64,000 bases of DNA from IMG/VR virus record IMGVR_UViG_3300028571_002266, positions 96,001 through 160,000 of that record. One strand, written 5' to 3'. The translations under genes were made by a program, and so were the position numbers. This stretch comes from a virus. Positions 17,327 to 27,635 of this stretch are shown here, one piece after another (position 1 is the first letter of the stretch; every line of letters starts with the position of its first letter). A model generated the notes under the pieces. The model saw only the letters and a list, made by a program, of their open reading frames with translations, was not told the DNA's origin and did not search any database.

Positions 17327-17530
17327 ATGAATGCTTTGCACAATAAGTTTTTTTGGGTAGTCGCCGCTCTTACCGCAGCACTTTTAATTTTTGGAATTGG
17401 CGGTAAGTTATTTGTGGACAAGGTTGCTGATGTTGTTATTGAAAAGCTGAAAAAAGACTATAGCCCTTCTCCTTACGGTCCCGGTATTGATCCTGATAAG
17501 ATTGATGTTACTAAAATTAAGAAAAATTAA
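17327..17530 (+). CDS. small membrane protein
   Basis: SD GGAG, one TM helix, YSPSPYGPG.DPDK. Confidence 0.7.
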   Translation: MNALHNKFFWVVAALTAALLIFGIGGKLFVDKVADVVIEKLKKDYSPSPYGPGIDPDKIDVTKIKKN

Positions 17531-17877
17531 ATAACGTGACAGCTTTTTATTTGAGAAGGAGCGAGGCTGTTGTCATGCGACAGCCTTAACATTTTTATTA
17601 CCATTGTTTTTCCAGTTTCTGGTTGGCCCTTTATCCTTCTAAATTCATCATGTGTAAAATAAAGTTTTGTCCCATCACCTAGTTGAATATAAATAGGGTT
17701 CTTTTTTCGTATGATGATGTGAATTTTTGCTCTTTTTTCTATTACTGGTAAGTCTAAATCAATATTTGGCAAAATATAAGATTTTGCCCAATCAAAATTT
17801 TCTGAAACAGAAAAAGCCCCAATTCTATCTAGGCAATCTCTTATATTGATAAATTCTTGAAAATTACTGCTCATCAT
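17527..17877 (-). CDS. hypothetical protein
   Basis: TAAATA 4 nt before the ATG; NFQEF N-terminus. Confidence 0.7.
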   Translation of the reverse strand: MMSSNFQEFINIRDCLDRIGAFSVSENFDWAKSYILPNIDLDLPVIEKRAKIHIIIRKKNPIYIQLGDGTKLYFTHDEFRRIKGQPETGKTMVIKMLRLSHDNSLAPSQIKSCHVI

Positions 17878-17894
17878 TACTTATTTAGTTTACT

Positions 17895-18197
17895 ATGTCT
17901 GGAAAATACAAGATTGTTTCATCTTCCAATATTATCACGATGGTCATCAATTTCAAGGATGAGAATGATGAAAATAGAACTGTTAATGTTGGAGTTGATT
18001 ATTTGATGAGCAAAGTATATTTTTTCGACGAAATTTCAAAAAAAATAGATTATGATGAACTAGAAAAGACTATTCTAAATCATATCATTCCTGATATATG
18101 CGATTTACCTGAAATACCAGAAGATTTATTGATCAAGGTTGATGAAATTCGTCAGGGCAAGTTTGACAATGAAAGTCTTTTTAACATGCAAGGATAA
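17895..18197 (+). CDS. hypothetical acidic protein
   Basis: 100-aa ORF. Confidence 0.65.
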   Translation: MSGKYKIVSSSNIITMVINFKDENDENRTVNVGVDYLMSKVYFFDEISKKIDYDELEKTILNHIIPDICDLPEIPEDLLIKVDEIRQGKFDNESLFNMQG

Positions 18198-18199
18198 AG

Positions 18200-18574
18200 A
18201 TGGCAAATAATAATACAGAAAGATTTGGATTTAGTGTATCTGCTGGAAACAATAGGCCAGATCCATGTAACTTGAGAATTATGACTTTGGAGCGTGTCAA
18301 TAAAATCATAGAAAATAAAAGATACGAGCCAAAACTAACTTCTCAACTTAAGAAAATGGCATCTTTGTATCCACAACAAGCATTGGAAAATTTTGTTCAA
18401 AATTTTGATCATCATTTACTAAAGGCAAGACAAGCGATAAGAATAAGTAAGCCAACTACATCGCCTGTAGAAGTCACTGAGGTTGCTGAAATAACTGAAG
18501 TCACTGAGGTTGCTGTAGAAGAAATTGTCACTCACGAGAATTCACATGCCCCGTCAGTCGAAGAATTTGAGTAA
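18200..18574 (+). CDS. hypothetical protein with EVTEVA repeats
   Basis: SD AAGGA; 19-nt direct repeat at 18470 and 18497. Confidence 0.7.
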   Translation: MANNNTERFGFSVSAGNNRPDPCNLRIMTLERVNKIIENKRYEPKLTSQLKKMASLYPQQALENFVQNFDHHLLKARQAIRISKPTTSPVEVTEVAEITEVTEVAVEEIVTHENSHAPSVEEFE

Positions 18575-19049
18575 AGAACTACCTTTGCCGGGATCAAAAA
18601 TTCCAGTAAAGATTGTAGCAGATAGCCCACAGTTTGTGCCGAAATATAAAACTTCTGGTGCGGCAGCAGCAGACTTAGTTGCTAATATTCCCACAAATGA
18701 TGCTGGTCATAATTTTGTCAGTGTCATGCCAAGCCAGACAGAAGTGATCGATTGTGGATTCAGCATGTCTCTTCCTCAAGGCTGGGAAGCGCAAATCAGA
18801 GCAAGAAGCGGTCTTGCAGTTCAAGGTCTACAAGTAACCAATGGACCCGGAACTATCGATAGTGATTTTACCGGAAGAATCAAAGTAATTGTCAATAGTG
18901 CAAGCAAAAACATCATCAGGATCACTCATGGTGATCGTGTAGCACAGATTTTAATAAAACCTGTGTGGCAAATTGATTGGGTTGAAGTTGATTCTTTAGA
19001 AGTTACTGAGCGTGGTGATAAAGGTTTTGGTTCAACAGGAAAAAATTGA
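18546..19049 (+). CDS. dut: dUTPase (trimeric)
   Basis: AAADL, RSGLA, GTIDSDFTG, DRVAQ, RGDKGFGSTG; start uncertain. Confidence 0.95.
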   Translation: MPRQSKNLSKELPLPGSKIPVKIVADSPQFVPKYKTSGAAAADLVANIPTNDAGHNFVSVMPSQTEVIDCGFSMSLPQGWEAQIRARSGLAVQGLQVTNGPGTIDSDFTGRIKVIVNSASKNIIRITHGDRVAQILIKPVWQIDWVEVDSLEVTERGDKGFGSTGKN

Positions 19050-19056
19050 GGTTAAA

Positions 19057-19272
19057 ATGAAAATATTTGCTGTAATTAGCGTTGCCAGACAAGTAGACGG
19101 AGAATGGGTCTGTGTCAAAACAGAAAAAGCATTCAAGAGTTCTTCTTCGGCAGAAAAATATGCAAATAATTTAGCAAGAAATTATGCAGAAAAGATCACT
19201 ACTGCTAGTGGTGTAATGAATTGTATTTGTGAAAGAGGAGTTTTTGAAATAGATGTTGATGAACAGGAATAA
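19057..19272 (+). CDS. hypothetical protein
   Basis: SD GAGG. Confidence 0.65.
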   Translation: MKIFAVISVARQVDGEWVCVKTEKAFKSSSSAEKYANNLARNYAEKITTASGVMNCICERGVFEIDVDEQE

Positions 19273-19310
19273 TCAACATTAACCCCATTATAATTAACTG
19301 AGGAGAATCC

Positions 19311-20048
19311 ATGGCCACACAGAATAATTACAATCCACTTGAAGGCGACCGTCCAGAAATGACGGTAAAGCTTCACGAAAATTCTGACGATCATATTTCA
19401 ATTATTGTCGTCCATAGAGATAGACCTGAATATTTGAACATTTGCCTTCAGTCAATTGCAGTCACCAGCTTCAACAACAACTACGAAATCATCGTTGTCG
19501 ATAACGGAAGCGGCAAGGAATCACAAGAATTCCTTAAGGATATCGAAGGGGAAGTCAAGGTCGTAAAGAATGAGAAGAATCTTTACTGGTCAGCAGCTTG
19601 TAATAAAGGCGTACAGGCTGCTGATAAAAACAGTAAATATTTTATCTTCATGCATTGTGACATCGTAGTAATCAATCCTGCTTGGATTGACTTGCTTGTA
19701 AATGTGTCAGAAGCACAACATTCAGGATTCGTTGGGGTTGACACTCAATCCTATATGATGGGAAATCAAAAGGTTGATTTCCTCCAAGATCATATTACCT
19801 TGATAACAAGAGAAGCTTGGAGTGATATTGGTCCTTGGCCAGAACAACTTCCACAAATAGGCCCATCTTTCATTCTCACAATCAGAGCTCAACAGAAGGG
19901 CCATAAGCCTCAGATTATGAAAAATCCAATCATCCATCACTACAAGATTTTTAGCATGGATATTTCAGAATATGAAAGAATGACAGAGCAGGCGATGACA
20001 ACATTACCAAAACTAATGACTGATGTTTACTCAAAGGCTGTTTCATGA
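19311..20048 (+). CDS. Glycosyltransferase family 2
   Basis: ISIIVV..., YEIIVVDNGS, N..WSAACNKG, FMHCD. Confidence 0.85.
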   Translation: MATQNNYNPLEGDRPEMTVKLHENSDDHISIIVVHRDRPEYLNICLQSIAVTSFNNNYEIIVVDNGSGKESQEFLKDIEGEVKVVKNEKNLYWSAACNKGVQAADKNSKYFIFMHCDIVVINPAWIDLLVNVSEAQHSGFVGVDTQSYMMGNQKVDFLQDHITLITREAWSDIGPWPEQLPQIGPSFILTIRAQQKGHKPQIMKNPIIHHYKIFSMDISEYERMTEQAMTTLPKLMTDVYSKAVS

Positions 20049-20698
20049 AACAGGTCGTAAGGACCGATAAATTCGCAATTTTTGATGATGTGTTCAAACA
20101 AGATTTGTTTGACACATTGGTTAGACATTTTTGCGAAATTGATTTCGTAAAACATAATCAAAACTTGATTAAAGTTTGGAAAATAAGCGATGGAGAAATT
20201 TTTGGTGGAGAATCTCATAGCTCCAAAAAATTTCCCTTTAACAGTCCTTTGGATTTTGTCCATAATACTGTTTACTATCTTGCTAAAAATAATATTCAAG
20301 ATTTGGTTGGAAAAGAAGGAGAAGAATGGACAGAAATAATTTATCGTCCTTACATTTACCCAGTAGGAACAAAAATATCTTGGCATAATGATTCAGGTTA
20401 TACTGCTGCATGTATTTTTTATTGCCATAGAGAATGGAGTCCTTTTTGGGGTGGCGAATTAATGATTGCAAACACTCCAAATAGCGAACAATATCCAGAA
20501 TTGAAATCTAGCCCAGACGATCTTTTTTCTAAAGACTATACTAAACCTTTTTTGAATTACTTTGGATTTGGTCAATACATCACACCTATTCCAAATAGAA
20601 TGGTTTTCACTAAAGGTGGAGTTTGGCATGGGATTAACAGAGTCGATGTGGCAGCAGGAGATAACCTTAGATTTTCAATTGTAGCTTTCTTCAAGTGA
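20045..20698 (+). CDS. 2OG-Fe(II) oxygenase
   Basis: WHND, W...WGGEL, P.PNR, WHGI, R.SI. Confidence 0.85.
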   Translation: MKQVVRTDKFAIFDDVFKQDLFDTLVRHFCEIDFVKHNQNLIKVWKISDGEIFGGESHSSKKFPFNSPLDFVHNTVYYLAKNNIQDLVGKEGEEWTEIIYRPYIYPVGTKISWHNDSGYTAACIFYCHREWSPFWGGELMIANTPNSEQYPELKSSPDDLFSKDYTKPFLNYFGFGQYITPIPNRMVFTKGGVWHGINRVDVAAGDNLRFSIVAFFK

Positions 20699-20702
20699 GA
20701 AA

Positions 20703-21182
20703 CTAATCTTTCTTTGTATTTTCTAAATTCTTGACAAAATTAATCCAATCTTCATTAACCCATATAACTGGTGAATGGGTGCAGTATGCTGCTGCATAAC
20801 TCATGCAGAAAATTTCTTCTGCATTTTGTTGCAAGGCATGTTTTTGTTCCTTATGTGGGAATTTATCTATTTGCGTTTGCTTAGTCTTCTTGACTAATTC
20901 TTCCCATTTCTTCTTCAAATCTTTGGTCATAATATATTCCCAGACCAAATGAGCAATTTCATGCAATGTTGTGAACGCTCTGCTGTAGTTCCATGGAGCA
21001 GCTACAACGATCCTGTTTTTGAAAATATAACCAATATGATCATTATCGCCGTCTAAAGTGTTGCCACTTGTATATTTGAATTTATATCCATTGAGAAGAT
21101 CACGATGTTTCTTAGGAAGAGAAGAAATTAACTTCTCAACATCTTTTTGTTCTTCAGATTCAAGAAAAGTTTTGAATTCCAT
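20703..21182 (-). CDS. Zincin-like metallopeptidase domain protein
   Basis: LHEIAH...EEIFC; start MEFKTFLESEE after SD GGAG. Confidence 0.65.
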   Translation of the reverse strand: MEFKTFLESEEQKDVEKLISSLPKKHRDLLNGYKFKYTSGNTLDGDNDHIGYIFKNRIVVAAPWNYSRAFTTLHEIAHLVWEYIMTKDLKKKWEELVKKTKQTQIDKFPHKEQKHALQQNAEEIFCMSYAAAYCTHSPVIWVNEDWINFVKNLENTKKD

Positions 21183-21266
21183 CTTTTTCTCCCAAGATAT
21201 AAATGATTCAACCATATTATTTAACAATAAATTCGACTATATTGTTTTCAAATTCCTAATACATAA

Positions 21267-21509
21267 CATCACAATGGAAATGTTCAATATGATACTTCAG
21301 CGACATCTTTGGCAAGTGGAAGTGGTACTGATGTCATAGGTGGTTATGTGAATAAACAAGGCAGTTTGGATATTACTAGCATAAATCAATTCAACTTCCA
21401 GATTGGAAGGTTTTTGGATGGCACGAGTGAAGTTATCACAGTTGCTTTTGCCCCAACATCAGCAAACACTAAGGTTTTGGCTGATTTGGCTTGGTTTGAA
21501 ATTGTTTGA
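21267..21509 (+). pseudogene. 3' remnant of a virion structural gene
   Basis: Open frame NGNVQYDTSATSLASG...FNFQIGRFLDGTSEVITVA...LAWFEIV with no credible start or SD; in-frame TAA at 21264. Confidence 0.5.
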
Positions 21510-21518
21510 TAATTTGGT

Positions 21519-21556
21519 AAAAAAAACCACTCAAATATTTTTATTTGAGTGGTTTT
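21519..21556. terminator. Bidirectional intrinsic terminator
   Basis: 15-bp stem AAAACCACTCAAATA/TATTTGAGTGGTTTT between convergent genes. Confidence 0.8.
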
Positions 21557-21574
21557 ACTGTAAAAAATAAATTT

Positions 21575-22519
21575 TTAGACTATTGCAGATGTGTCAACAC
21601 TCTTCCATGCTCCGCCAACATAGACCTCTATGTTGCCTGTCGCTGTGTTGTAGCAGAACATACCGTTAGTTGCAGTGCCAGCAGCAGCGTTTCTTGCAGT
21701 ATTGTCTGCATAGACTGGCATTCTTGGCATAGAATTCAAATAAATATGACCATTTCTACCAGCACCAGAATTAGTGCCACAAGTAAGGTTCATATCACCA
21801 GCACGATCTGTGCCAACGCTATTACCAGAAATCAAGGTTAAATCGCCACCACGACCATCAACAGTGCCATCTCCAGCTTCAATAGCAATATCTCCACCAT
21901 CTATATCTGTAGTGGCTAATGAATTACCAGCATATATAAATATGTCACCTGCTTCTGGATCATCTCCAGTGCTACCATCTCCATTGCCACTATCGCCAGC
22001 ATAGATGTAAACATCACCAGCTTGACCATCATCGCCAGAATCTCCAGCTTCTAATCTAATATCGCCACCATCGCTGTCGCCAATGCCAGTAGATGCATTG
22101 CCACCATATATGAGTACATCTCCTGCATCGGAATTATCGGCAGCATCTGCATTGCCACCTCTAATCGTTACATCTCCAGCGTTTGCATCTGGACCATCTC
22201 CAGTATTGCCAGCTTCGATGTTGATGTTTCCGCCTTCACCATTACCGTTAGCGTGACCACCTTTTATGAAAACACTACCACCATCAGCATCGATACCATT
22301 AGCCGCTAATGGATATCCATTTCCACCTTTGATAGTAATATTTGAAGCACTAATGGAATTCACTATTCCGTCTGCTGTGGAAATTGTTATATTCGATGAA
22401 AAGTTTTCAAAAATTTTACCCTCTTGTATGTTTACTTTTTTTACTACACCGTTTACAATTTTCGGTAAAGATTTTTCTGCCGATCCTATTCCTGTTCCTT
22501 CTTGACTTGTAGCGCCCAT
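21575..22519 (-). CDS. Gly/Asp-rich repeat fibre-like virion protein
   Basis: ~11 [GA]G[DN]hxhx[AG]G repeats; C-terminus GMFCYNTATGNIEVYVGGAW. Confidence 0.7.
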   Translation of the reverse strand: MGATSQEGTGIGSAEKSLPKIVNGVVKKVNIQEGKIFENFSSNITISTADGIVNSISASNITIKGGNGYPLAANGIDADGGSVFIKGGHANGNGEGGNINIEAGNTGDGPDANAGDVTIRGGNADAADNSDAGDVLIYGGNASTGIGDSDGGDIRLEAGDSGDDGQAGDVYIYAGDSGNGDGSTGDDPEAGDIFIYAGNSLATTDIDGGDIAIEAGDGTVDGRGGDLTLISGNSVGTDRAGDMNLTCGTNSGAGRNGHIYLNSMPRMPVYADNTARNAAAGTATNGMFCYNTATGNIEVYVGGAWKSVDTSAIV

Positions 22520-22610
22520 ATTTTCTCCTTAATAAAATAAAATAAAACTATTGTCTCTATATTTATTGTTTTGCATTAAAAAATAAATTACTGCATTGCT
22601 TAAATAAGGC

Positions 22611-23345
22611 ATGGCAAAACCAAGAAAAAAACCCGTCAAGAATGAAAAGACCAACACAACACCAGCACAGCATGCTAGTGGTAAAAAGCCATTTCATGTT
22701 GAGTTTATGAATGCTGCTCAAAAAATGGCTTGGGGTGCATTTGATCAGCATGATGTTTTGTTTTTGCTAGGAGCTCCCGGTACGGGGAAGTCACACCTCG
22801 CTTGCGCCTTTGCAATTAGTGAGATTTTAGCTAAAAGAAAAGAAAAAATTATTATAACAAGACCAACCATTGAAGCTGGTGGCCGAGGACTTGGGTTTTT
22901 ACCGGGCTCGGCGGAAGAAAAATTAAACCCTTATATGCTTCCTCTTTTTGATTGTATGGATAGGTGTTTGGGAACATTTTCTCCACAGAGGGACATAATC
23001 AATAAGAGTGTAGAGCTTTCTCCTCTTCAGTTTATGCGTGGTAGAAGTTTTCATGATTCAGTTTGTATTCTTGATGAAGCTCAGAATTGCAATTATGCTG
23101 AAATTAAATTGTTTCTTACAAGATTTGGACAGAACAGTAAAGTAATCATTACTGGTGATCCGATGCAAAGCGATTTGCCTTGGAAGGACAGGGCTTTGAT
23201 GAATGTTGTTGATAGGTTGTCAAGCTTAAAGGGAGTTGGAATAATAAACTTCAAGGCTAATTCTATTGTTCGACATCCATTGATTGCATCGATTCTTGAG
23301 AAGTTGGAAGAGGATAAGGAGGAGAGTGGCACTAGTAGTTCCTGA
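22611..23345 (+). CDS. phoH: PhoH-like ATPase
   Basis: GAPGTGKS, TRP, LGFLPG, MRGRSF, DEAQN, TGD..QSD, VRHPL. Confidence 0.95.
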   Translation: MAKPRKKPVKNEKTNTTPAQHASGKKPFHVEFMNAAQKMAWGAFDQHDVLFLLGAPGTGKSHLACAFAISEILAKRKEKIIITRPTIEAGGRGLGFLPGSAEEKLNPYMLPLFDCMDRCLGTFSPQRDIINKSVELSPLQFMRGRSFHDSVCILDEAQNCNYAEIKLFLTRFGQNSKVIITGDPMQSDLPWKDRALMNVVDRLSSLKGVGIINFKANSIVRHPLIASILEKLEEDKEESGTSSS

Positions 23346-23736
23346 TCTTGGCGAAATTGAACTTTTGACTAAATTGTTAAAAAACACTGCTGATACAGAG
23401 GATTATATTCTTAAGCTTTATAAGAATAATTACACTCCAATTGCAGCAACTGTTGTTGGTAGTTTTACTGAGGCTGATTTTACAAATTATGTAGATAAGA
23501 CCATTGCAAGATCAGATTGGGCCACACCTTCAACTGTAAGTAATAAAGCTGAATCTAGTGTTGCGACACAATCATGGACATGTGGTGTTACTACCAACAC
23601 AATTTATGGTTATTATGTAGTTGGCGCAACTTCTGGTGTTTGTTTGTGGGCGGAAGAATTTGCGGCAGCAAGAGTTCTTGCAGACGGAGATATTCTTAAT
23701 CTTACTCCAAAATTTAATCTTTCTAGCGCCAATTAA
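23326..23736 (+). CDS. Putative virion/tail protein
   Basis: GTG after AGGAGG; LKLYKNN.TP...FTEADFT.Y...TIYGYYV...WAE.F. Confidence 0.65.
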   Translation: MALVVPDLGEIELLTKLLKNTADTEDYILKLYKNNYTPIAATVVGSFTEADFTNYVDKTIARSDWATPSTVSNKAESSVATQSWTCGVTTNTIYGYYVVGATSGVCLWAEEFAAARVLADGDILNLTPKFNLSSAN

Positions 23737-23759
23737 TATTCTTAATTAGTAAATAGGTA

Positions 23760-24542
23760 ATGAGTAATTTAGCATTATCTTTTTCTTATAATGGGACTCA
23801 TCATAAATCAGATGGATCTATAAATCCTATTGAACATTTGAAAATGTTAATTGCGGCAATTGATTGTGCGAATCCGAAAGGAGAACACGATGTTATTGTT
23901 TCTGCAATTTGTTTTGATATTTGGAATATGGATCAAAGAGAAAGAAATATTGCTTTAGAAGTTTATAAGAGGGCAAGAATAGTTCTCTCTAACAGTATTC
24001 AAAAAAATCATCAAGATGGAGCGGCTACTTCAATAAGGATGGCAACTGAATTTGCTGCTGCAACAGGGAAAGATTATTTAATTCATCTTGCCGAAGATAT
24101 AGCAGTTGCTCCTGATTTTGTTGAATATTTTCTTAAACATTTGGTCGATTGTGATTATGTTGGTACTTATTGGAACATGTATCCGGGAAAGTCGTTCAAT
24201 ACACAAGTATTTGGTTGTAGAGTTTCTTCTTTTGCTGATTTGTGGAAAAATAATTTTATGATGCCTTTTTCTATTCCTAGAGAATCAGATATAGAGAGAG
24301 AGTTATATAATAATATTACTTCTAATAAATTAATCTATAAAGTTGGAGATCCAAACAGTGATTATAGATTCTCTTATCCTGATAAAAGAGGATGTCCTCA
24401 TTTGAATAGCGCACCAGTTCTTTTTCAGCATACACATAATTCAAATAATTTTCGCAAGATAGTAGAAGGTTATGGCGTGAAATGGTTTGACGAAACAAAA
24501 GAAATAAAAAAAACAAACAAAAAAAATATTTCTATGCTTTGA
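23760..24542 (+). CDS. hypothetical protein, possible GT-A glycosyltransferase
   Basis: NHQDGA, DYLIHLAED. Confidence 0.5.
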   Translation: MSNLALSFSYNGTHHKSDGSINPIEHLKMLIAAIDCANPKGEHDVIVSAICFDIWNMDQRERNIALEVYKRARIVLSNSIQKNHQDGAATSIRMATEFAAATGKDYLIHLAEDIAVAPDFVEYFLKHLVDCDYVGTYWNMYPGKSFNTQVFGCRVSSFADLWKNNFMMPFSIPRESDIERELYNNITSNKLIYKVGDPNSDYRFSYPDKRGCPHLNSAPVLFQHTHNSNNFRKIVEGYGVKWFDETKEIKKTNKKNISML

Positions 24543-24570
24543 TTTAATTCATTTGAGCATTAAATATGTT

Positions 24571-25794
24571 ATGAATTTTAGATTATGGCTTGAAAGCGAA
24601 GAAAAACAAGATGTCATCGATATGGAAATACCGATGCCTGATGACATTGTTTTTTTGAATGAATTATTCAAAAAGCATGGTAAAAAGTTGTATGCTGTTG
24701 GTGGAGTTATCCGTGACTTCCTGATTAGTCACTTCCATATGAATGGGAAGGGTGGAGGTCCAAAGGATGTTGATTTAACAACTGATGCTAGGCCAGAAGA
24801 CATAACTAAGATTTTATCATCAGAAGAAGCGCAAAGACATGGGATTAGAGTTCTTCCTAAGGGAGAAGCATTTGGTGTTATTTCAGCTATTATGGATGGA
24901 AAAGAATATGAGATAGCAACATTTAGAGAAGAATATTATGATCCTATTCATGGTGATGGTCGAAGACCAGATAGAGTGAGCTATTCTACGGCAGATAAGG
25001 ATGCACAGAGAAGAGACTTGACTATGAATGCTCTTTTCTACGACATAGACAAAAAAAGAATTATAGATTACAACACCATTGATGGTCGTGGGCAAGGAAT
25101 TAATGATATTAAAAATCTTGTTGCTAGGCCGGTTGGGAATCCAGAAGAAAGATTTAGAGAAGATAAACTTAGAGTTCTTCGCCTTGTTCGCTTTTTCAGC
25201 AGGTTTAATCCCGGCTTAATCAAGGATAATGTTGACAAGGACACTTTGAATGCAATTAATAAATTCAAATTTTTGGAAGGTGTTTCAGGAGAAAGGATTG
25301 TGGCCGAATTCACGAGTGGTTTTAAGGCAGCGATAAATAAAAATAACTTCTTCAGAAATTATCAAGACTTAGATCTTTTCCCTGCTGTTTTGCCTAATTT
25401 GATTATTGATGTTCAAAACTATGAAGAAAGCAATAGTTTTCCTGCTTCGTTAGCTTTTATTCTAAGAAACAATACGAATTCATCAGTAGTAAGAAAACAA
25501 TTGTCTGCATTAAAATATCCAAATGATATTTCTGATAAAGTGGAATTTTTCTTAAGATTAACAGAATTTGATGGAAGCGAAATTATTACATTTTTGAGGC
25601 GTAGAGATGCTTTGCATGATGTTAAGAAAGATTTACTGGAATTTGCAAAGTTAGAAAAAAATAATTATTTAGTTCATTTTGCTAATTATAAGCAACAAAC
25701 TAACAGCAAAGATTTTATGCATCTTAAAGGCCCAGATATAACAAAGGCTATGAATCAGCGAGAAAAAGAAATTTTCTTGGCCAGTGCTTATTAA
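24571..25794 (+). CDS. cca: Class II tRNA nucleotidyltransferase (CCA-adding type)
   Basis: AVGGVIRD, DVD, GEAFG, EIATFR, RRDLTMNAL, EDKLRVLR, SGERI. Confidence 0.9.
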   Translation: MNFRLWLESEEKQDVIDMEIPMPDDIVFLNELFKKHGKKLYAVGGVIRDFLISHFHMNGKGGGPKDVDLTTDARPEDITKILSSEEAQRHGIRVLPKGEAFGVISAIMDGKEYEIATFREEYYDPIHGDGRRPDRVSYSTADKDAQRRDLTMNALFYDIDKKRIIDYNTIDGRGQGINDIKNLVARPVGNPEERFREDKLRVLRLVRFFSRFNPGLIKDNVDKDTLNAINKFKFLEGVSGERIVAEFTSGFKAAINKNNFFRNYQDLDLFPAVLPNLIIDVQNYEESNSFPASLAFILRNNTNSSVVRKQLSALKYPNDISDKVEFFLRLTEFDGSEIITFLRRRDALHDVKKDLLEFAKLEKNNYLVHFANYKQQTNSKDFMHLKGPDITKAMNQREKEIFLASAY

Positions 25795-25830
25795 TTGTTG
25801 GATTTTCTGTTTGGCCAATAAATAGTTTAT

Positions 25831-27234
25831 ATGACAATTTACAATGATACAATGTCTGATGGAGTTCTGATTGATGGAACGGCAGGTGTTGTACAACAAT
25901 TTTCGGTTGACTTGCAGGTTTATTACGCTGTAAATGAAGAAATTGAATCTGAGATTTCTTTTTATTGGTCTGTAGGCGAGTTGCCTTTGTATTGGTGGGT
26001 TATAGAAGGATATGTTCATCCTCCTGATGACACAAAGTCTTTAGATGTATCTGTTCCAGAAAAGCAAAATTTTATACAAACAATTCTTGCAAGAACTCCC
26101 AAAGAGGTTGGTGAATATTTTGCTCGTGAGTCTCGAAACTGGGAAATAGTTTACCTTAAGAGGTATAGCCAGCCTGCTGATATTTACCTCAATGATCCTA
26201 GTCTTCCGAATGACTTACAAGTTGTTGATTATAAATTTCCTCAATTTTCTGTAAGCACTAGATCTTTGATAAAGATGGGCATGACTGTTTCAGTTGTGCA
26301 GATTTATCAAAGATATCAAGGAAGTGGAGGTGCTACATTTTACGGAAGTGCAGATGCAGCAATTACAAGTGGAGCAGTAACTCCGACAACATCTAATTTT
26401 GTTTATGATAGTTCTGGTGGTCATGTTTTAACTGGTGGATCAGGTGGAGCGGTTAGTTCATTTGCTACTAGTTTCTTGACATATGGTGGAATAAAAACCT
26501 TCTTGTTAAGTGATGTTATTTTTGGATTAGGATCTGCTCCTGCTCTTATCGCTCCTACCAACACAGTTGCCACAGCTTGTGGCTCATGTATAAGTTTCCC
26601 ATTAGAGTTATTCATAGAAAATAACTTTAGTAATCCCGGTGTTTTAGGTAATTTCTTGCAGCGTAATGCTTATACTTTCCCGTCAATATTGCCACTTATT
26701 TACAGTGGTCGTAGTAATTCATGGTTGGCTTTTAAGCATTTTGAAGGTTCGTCTGGTGATAATGCAAATATTGAAAATTGGCGTTTTCAGTTTGAGTGGG
26801 CTTGTACAAATAGTCCTTTCGGTCAAGAAAACGCAACAAGCACTCCTGCTTTCAAATTTTCGATTATAGTTACAAGAAAGAATCTTGGAACAAATATTGC
26901 CATTGATACAAGAATTGTAATTATTTTTTCTTCTGACGATGTTTGTGAAACAGTGAGGAATTTCAAAGAAGATTTTATTTTCAATTTGAACACGAAAACA
27001 AACTATATTAATAATGGGAATGGGATTGTGCCAATTAGCGTTCTATTGAATGATAGAATTGGTATTTTCAAATCTTCATATTGGACTGATAATCCTTATT
27101 TGAACATAAGGATTTCTAGTACAAATATTTTCAATAAGGGTGAAAACAAGGACATTAGTTCGATTATCCCTAAACCTCCAACTTTATATCAGTTGGGGAC
27201 AAGTTTTGCGAGATCTTCGACTGCTGTGATTTAG
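25831..27234 (+). CDS. Putative virion structural protein
   Basis: S/T/G-rich, beta-type composition, TAAATA upstream. Confidence 0.6.
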   Translation: MTIYNDTMSDGVLIDGTAGVVQQFSVDLQVYYAVNEEIESEISFYWSVGELPLYWWVIEGYVHPPDDTKSLDVSVPEKQNFIQTILARTPKEVGEYFARESRNWEIVYLKRYSQPADIYLNDPSLPNDLQVVDYKFPQFSVSTRSLIKMGMTVSVVQIYQRYQGSGGATFYGSADAAITSGAVTPTTSNFVYDSSGGHVLTGGSGGAVSSFATSFLTYGGIKTFLLSDVIFGLGSAPALIAPTNTVATACGSCISFPLELFIENNFSNPGVLGNFLQRNAYTFPSILPLIYSGRSNSWLAFKHFEGSSGDNANIENWRFQFEWACTNSPFGQENATSTPAFKFSIIVTRKNLGTNIAIDTRIVIIFSSDDVCETVRNFKEDFIFNLNTKTNYINNGNGIVPISVLLNDRIGIFKSSYWTDNPYLNIRISSTNIFNKGENKDISSIIPKPPTLYQLGTSFARSSTAVI

Positions 27235-27243
27235 GAGAAAATT

Positions 27244-27540
27244 GTGGAAGCAATTATTTTGTCGTTGTGTTTTATGATTCTTATTATCAATTTGGTTTTT
27301 TTGTTTTTCATTGGTATCTTTCTTGTTAGGATGAATGATCGTTTTGACAATATGTTTGCAGAATTGGTTGAAATTATTTCTGATTCTCCATCGGCTGTTC
27401 CTCCTTCTGCTAAAAAATCTCAGACTTGGGATGAAAAATATGAACGTGAGATGGAAATGATTGCAAGGAGAATGAGGGGAGAGTCGGCTCTTGATGATTT
27501 GCCAAATTTGAGATCATACGATGTTCCAGAGCAAACTTAA
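27244..27540 (+). CDS. membrane protein
   Basis: SD AGGAG, N-terminal TM helix. Confidence 0.7.
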   Translation: MEAIILSLCFMILIINLVFLFFIGIFLVRMNDRFDNMFAELVEIISDSPSAVPPSAKKSQTWDEKYEREMEMIARRMRGESALDDLPNLRSYDVPEQT

Positions 27541-27596
27541 TCAAAAAAAAACAGTCTTGTTTTGCCCCTCTGAAAAGTTTATGATGCTGCTTCATG

Positions 27597-27619
27597 GAAA
27601 TCCGTCCTCCGCTGACGGA
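27597..27619 (+). repeat. GAAA-hairpin element, copy 3
   Basis: GAAA TCCGTC-CTCCGCT-GACGGA, 11 nt after TTGTTT-17-TATGAT. Confidence 0.8.
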
Positions 27620-27635
27620 CGGAAGAGGTATGGTA

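Noticed and set aside
18470-18515. 19-nt direct repeat as a regulatory or mobile feature
   Set aside because: It is in-frame with a 27-nt period and encodes an EVTEVA low-complexity linker.
21575-22519. Collagen, ice-nucleation or RTX protein
   Set aside because: There is no Gly-X-Y period, no AGYGST octamer and no GGxGxD nonamer.
24571-25794. Poly(A) polymerase
   Set aside because: It has GEAFG rather than the PAP signature G[RK]RF. The loop before RRD is present, consistent with CCA or A addition.
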